A DNA stretch of 58,437 nucleotides from an uncultured Coriobacteriales bacterium. GTDB lineage: Bacteria > Actinomycetota > Coriobacteriia > WRKU01 > JAENWW01. The stretch is from assembly GCA_937858655.1 (NCBI GenBank), contig CALLZE010000155.1, forward strand, positions 1-58,437, in the 5' to 3' direction. Under the pieces are notes generated by a model, which saw only the letters and a program-made list of their open reading frames with translations, ran no database searches and was not told where the DNA came from. This document shows positions 34,419 through 47,023 of this stretch, piece by piece. Both the position numbers and the translations under genes were made by a program. How positions within the stretch are numbered: the first letter of the stretch is position 1; the number at the start of each line of letters is the position of its first letter.

Positions 34419-35519
34419 ATGAAAATTACCATCTCAAAATCTGAACTTGTTACTGCCCTCGATACCGTTATCAAAGCAACAGCATCTCGAGCAACAGTTC
34501 CTTCACTAGCAGGAATTTTAATTTCTACTGAACAAGATAAGATTTCTTTTTTCGCGACCGACCTTGAAACCTCAATTAAAACGTCAGTTTCTGGTCTTAT
34601 CGATGAAAGTGGAGTATTGGCTGTACCTGGAAAGATTTTTACCAATATTATTAAAAGTCTTCCTGAAGCAGCAGTAATTATTGAGACACAAGGTGATATT
34701 GCTCGTATTTCATGTAATCAATCACATTTCACCGTTAATACACTTAATGCAGCGGACTTTACACGCTTTCCTGATATTTCTGGAATTGAGTCAATTAAAC
34801 TTCCCTCGAATATTCTCGATGAAATGGTAAAGAAAGTTGCTAAAGCGGTAAGCAATGATGAAACTCGAGCAATTCTTACTGGCATCCTCCTTACTGTTGA
34901 TAAAGAAATTGTAAAAATGGTTGCTACTGATAGCTATCGTTTAGCGCTCGTTGAAAAATTCCTTGATGAACCACTTGTTGATAGTTTTGAAGTTTTAATT
35001 CCTGGAAAAGCTTTCGAAGAAGTTGTAAAGATGAATACAGGAACCAAAGAAATAAATATTGTGCTCACCTCAAACCAAATTCTCTTTACTTTTGGAGATA
35101 CCTCTTTTGTAACACGCCGCCTAGATGGAAATTTCCCCAACTACAATCAATTAATTCCAAAAGAGTGGAAAGCAAAAACTACCATTAGTCTTTCTGAATT
35201 AAGTGAGTCTGTGAAACGTGTTTCTTTAATGGCTCTCAATAATACGGCCATAAAAATTGTTTGCTCTGTGGAAGATCAACAAATCTCACTTTCTTCCAAA
35301 GCCCAAGATGTTGGTAATGCTGAAGAGAAAGTTCTCGCAAAAATTGAAGGGGAGACCCAAGAAATTTCTTTTAATTACAATTTTGTTCAGGATGGACTTT
35401 CGGTAATAAAAAATGAATTTGTTTCTTTAGAGATACAAGATGGCATGAAACCAGGATTGATTCGTTGTCCTGAAGAAGGATTTACTTATCTTATGATGCC
35501 TGTTCGTTCAAATCATTAA
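34419..35519 (+). CDS. dnaN: DNA polymerase III beta sliding clamp
   Basis: 366 aa with typical three-domain clamp sequence (MKITISKSEL...ATDSYRLA...MMPVR). Confidence 0.95.
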   Translation: MKITISKSELVTALDTVIKATASRATVPSLAGILISTEQDKISFFATDLETSIKTSVSGLIDESGVLAVPGKIFTNIIKSLPEAAVIIETQGDIARISCNQSHFTVNTLNAADFTRFPDISGIESIKLPSNILDEMVKKVAKAVSNDETRAILTGILLTVDKEIVKMVATDSYRLALVEKFLDEPLVDSFEVLIPGKAFEEVVKMNTGTKEINIVLTSNQILFTFGDTSFVTRRLDGNFPNYNQLIPKEWKAKTTISLSELSESVKRVSLMALNNTAIKIVCSVEDQQISLSSKAQDVGNAEEKVLAKIEGETQEISFNYNFVQDGLSVIKNEFVSLEIQDGMKPGLIRCPEEGFTYLMMPVRSNH

Positions 35520-35520
35520 C

Positions 35521-36657
35521 GTGACATTTAGAATTGAAAAAATAAAACTTCATAACTTCCGTTCATATAAAGACGTGTTGATTGAACTTGATTCACATCT
35601 GACAATTTTGTATGGCCCTAATGCAATCGGGAAAACTAACTTTATTGAAGCTCTTCAATTAGTGACCGAAGGCACATCGTTTAGAAATCCCTCGTGGGCT
35701 GATGTGGTAAATAAGGAAGATGACTCAACTTCTGCGCGAATTGTAATGTCAGCAAGTGATGAGCAGCGTGTGCGAGATGTCATTTTTGAAGTAAAAAGTA
35801 ACACTCGAACTCTAGTAGTGAATGATAAAAGAGTGCGGAGCCTCTCGGTATTTATGGGAGTAATACCGAGTGTGCTGTTTACTCCTGATGATCTTTTAAT
35901 TGTTTCTGGTTCATCGGAGGCAAGGAGAGTTGAGCTGGATAGTCTCGGTTCGAAATTATCAAAAAAATATTTTCAGCTTAAGCAAGAATATAAAAAAATT
36001 GTCGCCCAAAGAAACAAGCTCTTTAAAGATGAGGAAATAAATTTTCTTTTACTTGAAGTGCTGAATGAGCAACTCATTGAATATGGATCAGCTTTAATTT
36101 TTCAGCGAATTAAGCTGTTAAAGAGAATTAATTTGGAGATACAAGAAGCCTATTCTCAGATTAATAATCGGGAAAGTTTGAATATTTTATATTTTTCAAA
36201 TATTTTTTCTCAATCTCAAGAGGGTTTAAACATTGATGATGAAATATTTCAAACATCACTTATAGAAATTAAAGAACTATTTAAGAAGAAACTTGAACAA
36301 CGCAAGAACGATGAGTTTATTCGTCGCATATCTCTTGTTGGGCCTCATCGTGATGACATAATTTTTAATTTGGATAATTCAAACGCGCGGACCTTTGCTT
36401 CCCAAGGACAAAAGCGGTCCATTACTCTTGCGTGGAAAATGGCCGAGGTTAAGGTTATTGAAAAAATATCGGGGAGCAAACCCCTGTTGCTCTTAGATGA
36501 TGTGATGAGTGAGCTAGACGGTGAGCGTCGAAACTCACTTACTCATTTAGTGAGCGAGGTTGCCCAAACGGTAATTACAACAGCCAATATTGGATATTTC
36601 ACGCAGGATTTACTCGATCAAGCAAAAGTTATTAATGTAGAGGAGTTGATTTCATAA
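35521..36657 (+). CDS. recF: DNA replication/repair protein RecF
   Basis: GTG start. Walker A GPNAIGKTNFIEAL, signature ASQGQKRSITLAWK, Walker B LLLLDDVMSELD. Confidence 0.93.
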   Translation: MTFRIEKIKLHNFRSYKDVLIELDSHLTILYGPNAIGKTNFIEALQLVTEGTSFRNPSWADVVNKEDDSTSARIVMSASDEQRVRDVIFEVKSNTRTLVVNDKRVRSLSVFMGVIPSVLFTPDDLLIVSGSSEARRVELDSLGSKLSKKYFQLKQEYKKIVAQRNKLFKDEEINFLLLEVLNEQLIEYGSALIFQRIKLLKRINLEIQEAYSQINNRESLNILYFSNIFSQSQEGLNIDDEIFQTSLIEIKELFKKKLEQRKNDEFIRRISLVGPHRDDIIFNLDNSNARTFASQGQKRSITLAWKMAEVKVIEKISGSKPLLLLDDVMSELDGERRNSLTHLVSEVAQTVITTANIGYFTQDLLDQAKVINVEELIS

Positions 36658-37007
36658 TGGATGAATTTTTAAGTGACAATCGTTACGATAAAATGACTGA
36701 AATTACTCCCATACAAAAAGCGCTCGACAGTTTTCTGCATGAAATCGATCCTACGGGGGAGCACACGCAGGTCCAAACATCCCTCAATCGTGCGTGGGCA
36801 GATATTACAGGACCAAGCACAGTCGAGCATACTATTTCGCTGTTTCGTAGAGGCAAAATGATTATTGTGTGGGTCGATAATGCAGCGTGGGCAAATAATA
36901 TTCGAATGCTTGAATCGATGTATGTAGAAAAATTAAAAGAGGCGCTTAATGATTCCTCAATTTCTACGGTGCGCGTTGAGGTAAAAAGAAGAAAAAAATT
37001 GAGCTAA
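36657..37007 (+). CDS. dciA: DUF721 / DciA-family protein
   Basis: 116 aa in the actinobacterial recF-DUF721-gyrB position. LNRAWADITGPSTVEHTISLFRRGKMIIVWVDNAAWANNIRM matches the DUF721 pattern. Confidence 0.8.
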   Translation: MDEFLSDNRYDKMTEITPIQKALDSFLHEIDPTGEHTQVQTSLNRAWADITGPSTVEHTISLFRRGKMIIVWVDNAAWANNIRMLESMYVEKLKEALNDSSISTVRVEVKRRKKLS

Positions 37008-37142
37008 ATCTCAATGTGAGCGAAATTGGGCACTACTTTTAAGGAAAACTATAAGTTTTCATATAAATTCTTTTAAAACACGCTGAGATTTGATTACATG
37101 GCTTAATTAGCCAATAAAATATCTATTTATGGTAAAATTAAA

Positions 37143-37165
37143 TACGGTTTTATAACCGTTTTTTA
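37143..37165 (+). terminator. Rho-independent terminator after dciA
   Basis: ACGGTT-TTAT-AACCGT followed by TTTTT. Confidence 0.6.
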
Positions 37166-37207
37166 GTATCTTTTGCTCATTTGTCGTGTCTGAGGGCTGG
37201 CATATAG

Positions 37208-39166
<1,959 letters not shown>

Positions 39167-39176
39167 GGAGTAAAAC

Positions 39177-41792
39177 GTGTCAGACGAAAATCTCAGCATA
39201 GATACAAGTGGCACACGTACTGTTCCTATTGAGCTTCATAAGGAAATGCGTAGTTCTTTCCTTGAGTACTCGATGTCGGTTATTGTAGCGCGTGCGCTTC
39301 CAGACGTGCGCGACGGCCTCAAGCCAGTTCATCGCCGCGTACTTTACGCAATGAATGAATCGGGCTTGACTCCAACGCGTCCTTACAAAAAGTCCGCTTG
39401 GACCGTCGGTGAAGTAATCGGTAAGTACCATCCTCATGGTGATACCGCGGTATACGACACGATGGTTCGTATGGCTCAAGACTTTTCAATGCGCACGCCA
39501 CTCGTTGATGGCCATGGAAACTTTGGTTCAATCGATGGTGACTCAGCGGCGGCTATGCGTTATACCGAGTCTCGCTTACAGAAAGTTGCGATGGAGTTGC
39601 TCCGCGACCTTGATAAAGAGACCGTAGACTTTGGGCCAAACTACGATGAGTCGTTGCAGGAACCTCTAGTTTTACCTGCACGTTTTCCAAACTTATTGGT
39701 AAACGGTTCACAGGGTATTGCGGTTGGTATGGCTACTAATATTCCGCCTCATAATCTCGGCGAGGTTATTGATGGTGTCGATGCGCTGATTGATAATCCA
39801 GATATTACGACCGAAGAGCTGATGCAGTTTATTCCTGGTCCAGACTTCCCTACGGGCGGAATGATTATGGGTTATCAGGGCATTCGTGATGCTTATGAAA
39901 CGGGTCGTGGTTCCATCACAATCCGCGGAAAAGCTCATATCGAAAACACGAGCACGGGTCGTTCGCGCATTGTTGTAACCGAGATTCCTTACATGGTCAA
40001 TAAATCTCGCTTGGTTGCGAAGATTGCGGAGCTTGTCCATGAGAAAAAACTTACAGAAATCAGCGACTTGCGCGATGAGTCGGACCGTAAGGGAATGCGC
40101 GTTGTTATTGAATTAAAAACCAACGCAATTCCACAGGTTGTTTTAAATAAGTTATTTAAACACACGCAACTTCAAACGGGCTTTGGTGTCATCACGCTTG
40201 CGCTTGTTGATGGCGTGCCTCATGTCTTGAGCTTAAAAGAAGTGCTCTATCACTACGTCGAGCATCAGAAAGATGTTATTACGCGCCGTACAAAATATGA
40301 ACTTCGCAAAGCAAAAGAGCGTGCTCATATTTTGGAAGGCCTCGTAATTGCGCTTGATAATATCGATGAAGTAATCAAAATCATTCGTGGTAGCCAGACA
40401 GATCAAGAAGCTAAAGAGCGCTTGATCGAGCGCTTCGGCTTAACCGAAGTTCAAACGGATGCAATTCTCGAAATGCGTCTGCGTCGTTTGACTGGACTTG
40501 AGCGTGGAAAAATTATTGAAGAACTGACCGCTCTAAAAGAAAAGATTGAGTGGTACGAAAAAGTTCTTGGAGATGTCCAACTTGTTCTTGGCATTATCAA
40601 AGAAGAACTTCAAGAAGTTCGTGAGAAGTTTGGCGATAAGCGCCGTACGGAAATCACTGGTGCAGCAAAAGATCTTGATGTTGAAGATCTTATCGCTGAG
40701 GAGGACATGGTTGTTACCATCACGAAGGCTGGTTATGTAAAGCGTCTTCCTGTGGCGACCTATCGTCAGCAAAAGCGTGGCGGTAAGGGAGTCGCAGGCG
40801 TCAATCTCAAAGATAATGACTTTGTTGAGCATCTCTTCATTGCTTCAACGCATGATTATGTGCTCTTCTTCTCAACCAAGGGCAAAGTGTATCGCTTGAA
40901 GGTTCATGAGTTGCCTGTCGGATCGCGCCATGCGCGAGGAACTGCGGTAGTAAATCTTCTTCCATTTGAGCAAGATGAGCAGATTGCTGCAGTAATTAAC
41001 ACCAAGACATTCCCCGATGATGAGTTTTTGTTATTCGCGACCACCAAGGGAATGGTGAAGAAGACAGCCATTCAAGCATACGACCGTTCACGTCGCGACG
41101 GATTGATTGCAATTCACTTGAGCAGTGACGATGAGCTCATTTCTGTTCGCCGAGTCAAGACGGGCGAAAACGTTATTATGGTTTCCGCTTCAGGCAAGGC
41201 TATTATGTGGGACGAGGCTGAGGCTCGACCGATGGGTCGCGATACGCGTGGCGTTAAGGGCATGAATATCAAGGATGGCGATCGCGTGCTTGGTATGGAA
41301 ATCGCGCCTGAAGGCAGTGAACTCTTTGTTGTTACGGAACGCGGCTATGGCAAACGTACGCCAATAAGTGAGTATCCGATTCATCATCGTGGCGGACAAG
41401 GAGTTAAGACAATTCTTGTAACCGACAAGAAGGGCCCACTAAGTGGCATGAAGATTGTTGGCCCAACGCATGAACTCATGCTCATTTCTGAGGAAGGCGT
41501 TGTCATACGTGTAAAGGCAACAGATATTTCGTCATTGGGTCGTTCTACTCAAGGCGTAAAGGTCATGAATGTTGCTGGAAGCGATCGTGTTACCGCAATA
41601 GCGCGTGTGGCTGGTCAGAAAAAGAAGAAGTCAAAGGCACCAGCAGATCCAAACCAGGGATCACTTCTTGAAATGCTCGATGAGGGCGAGGAGAAGAGTG
41701 GTCCAATGCAAGGCGAGGATGCTTCAAACTTCATTGAGGACGAGGCAGAAGAACTACTTGGTGAAGATTTCGACGATGAAGATGCGGAGTAA
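39177..41792 (+). CDS. gyrA: DNA gyrase subunit A
   Basis: GTG start after [29 protein letters not shown] (catalytic Tyr), a QRRGGKG-type GyrA box ([11 protein letters not shown]) and an acidic tail. Confidence 0.97.
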   Translation: MSDENLSIDTSGTRTVPIELHKEMRSSFLEYSMSVIVARALPDVRDGLKPVHRRVLYAMNESGLTPTRPYKKSAWTVGEVIGKYHPHGDTAVYDTMVRMAQDFSMRTPLVDGHGNFGSIDGDSAAAMRYTESRLQKVAMELLRDLDKETVDFGPNYDESLQEPLVLPARFPNLLVNGSQGIAVGMATNIPPHNLGEVIDGVDALIDNPDITTEELMQFIPGPDFPTGGMIMGYQGIRDAYETGRGSITIRGKAHIENTSTGRSRIVVTEIPYMVNKSRLVAKIAELVHEKKLTEISDLRDESDRKGMRVVIELKTNAIPQVVLNKLFKHTQLQTGFGVITLALVDGVPHVLSLKEVLYHYVEHQKDVITRRTKYELRKAKERAHILEGLVIALDNIDEVIKIIRGSQTDQEAKERLIERFGLTEVQTDAILEMRLRRLTGLERGKIIEELTALKEKIEWYEKVLGDVQLVLGIIKEELQEVREKFGDKRRTEITGAAKDLDVEDLIAEEDMVVTITKAGYVKRLPVATYRQQKRGGKGVAGVNLKDNDFVEHLFIASTHDYVLFFSTKGKVYRLKVHELPVGSRHARGTAVVNLLPFEQDEQIAAVINTKTFPDDEFLLFATTKGMVKKTAIQAYDRSRRDGLIAIHLSSDDELISVRRVKTGENVIMVSASGKAIMWDEAEARPMGRDTRGVKGMNIKDGDRVLGMEIAPEGSELFVVTERGYGKRTPISEYPIHHRGGQGVKTILVTDKKGPLSGMKIVGPTHELMLISEEGVVIRVKATDISSLGRSTQGVKVMNVAGSDRVTAIARVAGQKKKKSKAPADPNQGSLLEMLDEGEEKSGPMQGEDASNFIEDEAEELLGEDFDDEDAE

Positions 41793-41796
41793 TTTT

Positions 41797-41827
41797 GAGG
41801 AGCTCCCCTTGGGGGGCTCCTCTTTTG
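41797..41827 (+). terminator. Hairpin plus T-run immediately after gyrA
   Basis: GAGGAGCTCCCC-TT-GGGGGGCTCCTC followed by TTTTG. Confidence 0.65.
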
Positions 41828-42552
41828 TGCAAGGGCGAGAAGCGAGTATTCAAGCGGTTATTTTTGACCTCGATGGTACTTTGGTTAACACGGGGCCGCT
41901 CATTACTGAATCGTTTCGTCACACCATCGGCGAGGTGTTTCATGAGGATTTGCCGCTAGAAGAATTGACGGCGCTTGTTGGTATTCCTCTCTCACAGCAA
42001 ATGAATCATTTTGCGCAGAAATATTTTGGCGAACGTAAGGAAACTTATTGCGCCGTTTCTTCGGTTGATCATTTGACTGAGATTTTGTTGAGTACCTATC
42101 GTGTTTATTGTGCCGAGATTAGGGATGAGTATATTCGCCCATTTGACGGTATCGAGTCATTTGTCTGTGAACTGTCTGAGCGTAAAATTCCGCTTGGCGT
42201 CGCAACATCAAAGCGTCGCGAATCGGCAATTTCAGACCTCAGTTATTTTGACTTGTATCGGTATTTTGATACGCTCATCGGCTCTGATGATGTGAAGGAA
42301 CCGAAGCCGAAACCAGAACCGCTACTGAAAGTGATGGATATTCTGAGCTCAAAGCATCAAAAGAAGCTCCGCCCCATTGATTGCCTGTATATTGGCGACT
42401 CTCCCTATGATATTCGAGCCAGCCATGCAGCGGGGATGTTGAGCGTTGCAGTGGAGTACGGAATGTTTGAACCAGACATACTCAAAGCAGAAGAGCCATC
42501 ATATATTGTGTCCACGCCGGAAGAACTTAATACATTGTTAAACTTTCTTTAG
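41827..42552 (+). CDS. HAD-superfamily phosphatase (phosphoglycolate phosphatase/PpaX-like)
   Basis: Motif I VIFDLDGTLVNT, motif II VATSK, motif IV YIGDSPYDI. The start is uncertain: GTG 41827, or ATG 41776/41782 overlapping the gyrA end. The long 41605 ORF extension is out of frame inside gyrA. Confidence 0.75.
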   Translation: MQGREASIQAVIFDLDGTLVNTGPLITESFRHTIGEVFHEDLPLEELTALVGIPLSQQMNHFAQKYFGERKETYCAVSSVDHLTEILLSTYRVYCAEIRDEYIRPFDGIESFVCELSERKIPLGVATSKRRESAISDLSYFDLYRYFDTLIGSDDVKEPKPKPEPLLKVMDILSSKHQKKLRPIDCLYIGDSPYDIRASHAAGMLSVAVEYGMFEPDILKAEEPSYIVSTPEELNTLLNFL

Positions 42553-42636
42553 GTATACTAGTTAAAGTTTGTGCGGGGGATCATTTGTGAAAAAGCGCTT
42601 CATGGGAAGCGCTAAAGATAGAAATTGGAGGGTTGT

Positions 42637-44007
42637 ATGAGCGGCGCAGTCGATACGCCACCAAAAACGAACTATGCGAAACATAAGTTAACGGGCAAAG
42701 ACTACCTTTTAAGTCTTCAGCACTTGTTTGCTATGTTTGGCGCAACGGTTTTGGTTCCACTGCTAACAGGCCTAAATGCCTCAACAGCACTAGTAACCGC
42801 GGGTATTGGAACTTTGATGTTCCATGCCAGCACAAAATTCAAGGTTCCCGTTTTCCTTGGGTCGAGTTTTGCTTTCATCCCTGCTATTGCGGCAATCACC
42901 ATGAAGAGTGGGCACGTGAATCCATCACAGGTCCCCATTGCTCAAGGCGGAATTTTTGTTGCAGGTTTTGTGTACCTGTTGTTCGCGCTTTTGGTGTATG
43001 CGATTGGTCCGAATCGCGTAAAGCGTTTGTTCCCACCTGTTGTAACCGGCCCCGTCATCATTATTATTGGTATCAATCTTGCGTCAACCGCAATAAATGA
43101 TGCGTCGGGATGGGCAGATTTTTCTGCTCCACTATCTTCAGCAACCTATATGAATATCTTCATAGCGCTCTTCACGCTTGCGGTAGTCATTTTATGCAAC
43201 TACATACAAAAAGGGTTCTTTAAGCTTGTTCCTATTTTGATTGGAATTGCCGCAGGCTATATTCTGTGCATCATTTTAAATGCGCTTGGCCTCTATTCAC
43301 TAGACTTGAGTTCAATTGGTCAGGCAGCATGGATTAACATTCCTTTTGTTACTAAAGACGCTAATGGTGTTGGGTTCTTTACACTTCCTCAGTTCCACTG
43401 GGGCGCCATTCTCTCTATTGCTCCAATCGCAATCGTAACCTTCATGGAGCATATCGGCGATATCACCACCAACGGCGCGGTAGTTGGTCAAGACTTCATC
43501 AAAGATCCTGGCTTGCATCGCACGCTCGCCGGCGATGGTCTCGCGACAATTTTTGCAGGCTTTGTTGGCGGACCTCCCGAGACAACTTATGCTGAGAACA
43601 CCGGTGTTCTTGCTACGACGAAAAACTACAATCCTCAGTTGTTGAGAATTGCAGCAATCTTTGCTCTTGTTCTTGGTTTTGTCGGAAAATTTGGCGCAAT
43701 CTTGCAAACAATTCCTGGTCCTGTTAAGGGCGGCGTTGAAATTATGCTCTTCGGTATGATTGCTGCTATTGGTATTCGTACTCTCGCAGAAGCAAACCTT
43801 GATTTCACCCATTCACGCAATCTCACGATTGTTGGAATAATTTTGGTTATTGGTTTGGGCGTTGGCGCTCTTGGCGGCATCATGATTCCGATTGGCAGCG
43901 GCATGCACCTGACAATGTCAGGTCTCTTCCTTGCAGTTGTTTTTGGCGTTTTGGTCAATGCAATCTTGCCTCATGATGAAGAAGCTAGCCTTCCGAAAAG
44001 TGAATAG
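42637..44007 (+). CDS. NCS2-family uracil/xanthine permease
   Basis: ATG at 42637 after GGAGGG. It is polytopic, with LSLQHLFAMFGATVLVPLLTG and ENTGVLATTK motifs, and lies adjacent to upp. Confidence 0.85.
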   Translation: MSGAVDTPPKTNYAKHKLTGKDYLLSLQHLFAMFGATVLVPLLTGLNASTALVTAGIGTLMFHASTKFKVPVFLGSSFAFIPAIAAITMKSGHVNPSQVPIAQGGIFVAGFVYLLFALLVYAIGPNRVKRLFPPVVTGPVIIIIGINLASTAINDASGWADFSAPLSSATYMNIFIALFTLAVVILCNYIQKGFFKLVPILIGIAAGYILCIILNALGLYSLDLSSIGQAAWINIPFVTKDANGVGFFTLPQFHWGAILSIAPIAIVTFMEHIGDITTNGAVVGQDFIKDPGLHRTLAGDGLATIFAGFVGGPPETTYAENTGVLATTKNYNPQLLRIAAIFALVLGFVGKFGAILQTIPGPVKGGVEIMLFGMIAAIGIRTLAEANLDFTHSRNLTIVGIILVIGLGVGALGGIMIPIGSGMHLTMSGLFLAVVFGVLVNAILPHDEEASLPKSE

Positions 44008-44041
44008 AGTGGATAATAAAGCGAAGAAAAGATAGTATAGA

Positions 44042-44068
44042 AAGCGCCTCATATCAGGGGCGCTTTTT
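44042..44068 (+). terminator. Rho-independent terminator after the permease
   Basis: AGCGCCTC-ATATCA-GGGGCGCT followed by TTTTT. Confidence 0.75.
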
Positions 44069-44091
44069 CTAAACATAAGGAGATAAGCACC

Positions 44092-44751
44092 ATGTGTGAA
44101 TCAACCAACAAAAACTACGGATTCGAGCATCTAACCGTTGTCGAGCATCCTTTAGTTCAGGCCAAAATGGCGATTTTGCGTGATGAAAAAACGACGACCA
44201 AACAGTTCCGCGAGCTTGTTACCGAACTTACCATGCTTGTTGGTTATGAGGCGACGCGCAGCTTGCCCTTACGCCCCGTTGATGTTAAGACTCCTGTTGC
44301 TGTGGCACGTTGCCAAGAACTTGCAAATCCAGAGCCAGTTATCATCCCTATTTTGCGTGCTGGTCTTGGTATGGTTGAGGGCTTTATGCAACTAATGCCT
44401 GACTGCAAAGTGGGCCATTTGGGAATGTATCGAGATGAAGAGACGTTCTTGCCTGTTCCTTACTATTCAAATTATCCTAAGGATATCTCTGAGCGCGACA
44501 CGGTTTTGCTCGATCCTATGCTCGCTACGGGCGGATCTGCCGAAGCGGCTGTTGAGTTCGTGAAGGATAAGGGTGCGAAGAATATTAAACTCATGTGCAT
44601 TGTCGCTGCTCGCCAAGGTGTGGCACGCTTGCTCGAAAATCATCCTGATATCGAAATCTTTGCGGCTTCATTTGATGAAGAACTTACTCCAAAGGCCTAC
44701 ATCAATCCTGGACTGGGCGACGCTGGCGATCGATTATTTGGTACGCTCTAA
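44092..44751 (+). CDS. upp: Uracil phosphoribosyltransferase
   Basis: HPLVQAKMAILRD, ILRAGLGM, LLDPMLATGGSA (PRPP motif) and INPGLGDAGDRLFGT. Confidence 0.93.
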   Translation: MCESTNKNYGFEHLTVVEHPLVQAKMAILRDEKTTTKQFRELVTELTMLVGYEATRSLPLRPVDVKTPVAVARCQELANPEPVIIPILRAGLGMVEGFMQLMPDCKVGHLGMYRDEETFLPVPYYSNYPKDISERDTVLLDPMLATGGSAEAAVEFVKDKGAKNIKLMCIVAARQGVARLLENHPDIEIFAASFDEELTPKAYINPGLGDAGDRLFGTL

Positions 44752-44764
44752 AGATGGGTATTTT

Positions 44765-44788
44765 CCTTTTGAAGTGAAATTCAAAAGG
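44765..44788 (+). terminator. Hairpin after upp (CCTTTTGAA-GTGAAA-TTCAAAAGG), no clear T-run
   Basis: 9-bp perfect stem read directly. Confidence 0.4.
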
Positions 44789-44845
44789 ATTGCAATTAAG
44801 TTTTAAGCGGAGTTTGTGAGCACTTCCCGTTATAGTGGAGGCATC

Positions 44846-46183
44846 GTGTCTAAAAAAGCAAAAATAATTACTGGAGTTATTATCGGCCTTGTCGTTGTTA
44901 TTGCTCTTGTGGGCTTTTTCATGGCAAAGAATGCCGGCACGAAAGTTGAAACTGCACAAGTACGCACTGAGTCACTTGCCGTAACGGTGCTCGGCTCGGG
45001 CAAGGTGACTGCGGGAACAAAGGTAGATGTCTATCCTGAGAGTTCAGGACTCATTGACAAAGTGTATGTCAAAGATGGAGCTCAGGTTGAAAAAGGCGAC
45101 AAGATATTAAAGTTGCAGACCGATGCGCTTGACGCGCAACTTGCTTCCGCACAGTCCGCCCTTGCTCAGGCGCAATCTGGCCTTGAGCAGGCAAACTTTT
45201 CAGCAACCACAAAAATTCAAAGTGTGAAGGCAGCAAAGGCGGGAGTAAGCGCGGCGCAAGAAGCCTATGATGCGGCCAAATCTGCAGAGTCCGCGGCAAA
45301 AGCTGCCTATAACGCCGCGAAAACTAATCCAACGGCAAAGTCTGCCTACACCTCTGCGAAAGTTGCAAGCGCTCAAGCTAAGTCTGCGCTCGCGCAAGCA
45401 AAATTGGGCTATGCCCAGGCAAAAGCAACGCCAACGAGCGGTGCGCAAAAATCTGCTCGAAAGGGTGTCTCTGCGGCTCAGAAATCAGTTGATTTGGCAC
45501 AAAAGGCACTTGATAAGGCGACGTTAACCGCACCCGCGAGCGGTACATTAATGTACCCGACTGCTGGTTCGGCATCGGCCTTGGCTGCCGCAACTGCCTC
45601 AACAAGCGCGACGGCAAAGAGTAATGACAACTCGCCTTCCAAAGGGTCTGCTCTTGCACAAGGCTCTCCAGCATTTTCGATTGTGGACGACAAAGAGCTC
45701 AGCTTTACCGTTGAAGTTGACGAAGCCGATATCGAGAAAGTAAAAGTAGGTCAAAACGTCGAAGTAACGCTTGATGCTTTTTATGGAAAAACGTTTAAAG
45801 GCCAAGTTTTGAGCATTGGTGATGTCGCTCAAACAACGACTACCGGTGGTACGGTGTTCCTTGTTGAGATGTCTCTTGATCAAGGTGAGTCAGCGTTGAA
45901 ACTCGGCATGAAGGGTGACAGCACCATTGAGGTCGAGAATGTTGCTTCAGCAGTCACCGTTCCCATTGAGGCTTTGTTCTCAGAGGGTGGCAAGGACTAC
46001 GTTTATGTCGTCAAGAGCGATAAGTTGGTCAAGACCACGGTTACTGCAGGGACGACCACTGACACTTCAGTTGAAATTTTAGATGGGGTCAAAGAAGGCG
46101 ACAGTGTTGCCCTTGCGGGTAGCACGCCCCTGAGTGATGGACTTTCGGTAAAGGTTTCTTCTTCAAAATCTAATTCTAAGTAG
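44846..46183 (+). CDS. Efflux transporter periplasmic adaptor (HlyD/MacA family)
   Basis: GTG at 44846 after GGAGG. N-terminal TM helix, an Ala-rich coiled coil, and beta-barrel motifs (ATLTAPASGTL, VEVDEADIEKVKVGQ). Confidence 0.8.
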   Translation: MSKKAKIITGVIIGLVVVIALVGFFMAKNAGTKVETAQVRTESLAVTVLGSGKVTAGTKVDVYPESSGLIDKVYVKDGAQVEKGDKILKLQTDALDAQLASAQSALAQAQSGLEQANFSATTKIQSVKAAKAGVSAAQEAYDAAKSAESAAKAAYNAAKTNPTAKSAYTSAKVASAQAKSALAQAKLGYAQAKATPTSGAQKSARKGVSAAQKSVDLAQKALDKATLTAPASGTLMYPTAGSASALAAATASTSATAKSNDNSPSKGSALAQGSPAFSIVDDKELSFTVEVDEADIEKVKVGQNVEVTLDAFYGKTFKGQVLSIGDVAQTTTTGGTVFLVEMSLDQGESALKLGMKGDSTIEVENVASAVTVPIEALFSEGGKDYVYVVKSDKLVKTTVTAGTTTDTSVEILDGVKEGDSVALAGSTPLSDGLSVKVSSSKSNSK

Positions 46184-46189
46184 GCGCTT

Positions 46190-47023
46190 ATGGCAGAGTC
46201 TGCTGTATCTCAATATGCCGCGGTGGATGCCGTGGAACGTGAACGTGCCGGCGATGTTGTGCTTGAAGTGCGCGACGTTCAAAAAACCTATCAGGTGGGC
46301 GACGATATTGTCGTCCACGCGCTTGATGGTGTTTCGCTACAAATTCGCAAAGGCGATTTTATAGCGATTATTGGTCCCTCGGGCTCAGGAAAATCTACAC
46401 TCATGCATTCGATTGGTCTTCTTGACCATCCGACGAGTGGCGAAGTTCTTGTTGGGGGTACTGACGTAACAAAGATGGCCGAAAACGAACTTGCCCGAGT
46501 GCGCAATAAAGAGATTGGCTTTGTTTTTCAGGCATTCAATTTGCTTGCGCGTACGACAGCAATTGAAAACGTTGAACTTCCCCTGATTTATGCAGGAGTA
46601 TCAGCAACGGAACGCAAAGAGCGAGCAATCGAGGCCCTCAAGCGCGTTGGCCTTGGGGAGCGCCTCGATCATATGCCCAATCAACTTTCGGGAGGTCAAC
46701 AGCAGCGCGTCGCCATTGCGCGAGCGCTTGTAACTGAACCTTCCATCATTCTGGCGGATGAGCCAACCGGAAATCTTGACTCCAAATCAGGCATCGAAGT
46801 CATGGCCTTCTTGCAGGAACTTCATAAGTCAGGAGTCACCATTGTTTTGGTTACGCATGACGCGCATGTGGCATTGCATGCCGCGCGTGTTGTGCGTATT
46901 GCGGATGGAAAAATCACTCAAGATTACTTCAACAAAGATGGCGAGCGCATTGATGCTGTGGCGGAGTTGCGCAAGATGCAGTTAACTCAGGATGCTGAGG
47001 CGGTGAGCGAAAATGAATCTTAA
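46190..47023 (+). CDS. ABC transporter ATP-binding protein (MacB/LolD-like)
   Basis: Walker A GPSGSGKSTL, LSGGQQQRVAIARAL, ILADEPTGNLD. Confidence 0.9.
   Translation: MAESAVSQYAAVDAVERERAGDVVLEVRDVQKTYQVGDDIVVHALDGVSLQIRKGDFIAIIGPSGSGKSTLMHSIGLLDHPTSGEVLVGGTDVTKMAENELARVRNKEIGFVFQAFNLLARTTAIENVELPLIYAGVSATERKERAIEALKRVGLGERLDHMPNQLSGGQQQRVAIARALVTEPSIILADEPTGNLDSKSGIEVMAFLQELHKSGVTIVLVTHDAHVALHAARVVRIADGKITQDYFNKDGERIDAVAELRKMQLTQDAEAVSENES

Noticed and set aside
41605-41826. Long N-terminal extension of the HAD phosphatase ORF ([12 protein letters not shown]...)
   Set aside because: It lies out of frame inside the 3' end of gyrA and across the gyrA terminator hairpin. It is Arg-rich nonsense, and the HAD motif I begins just after 41827.
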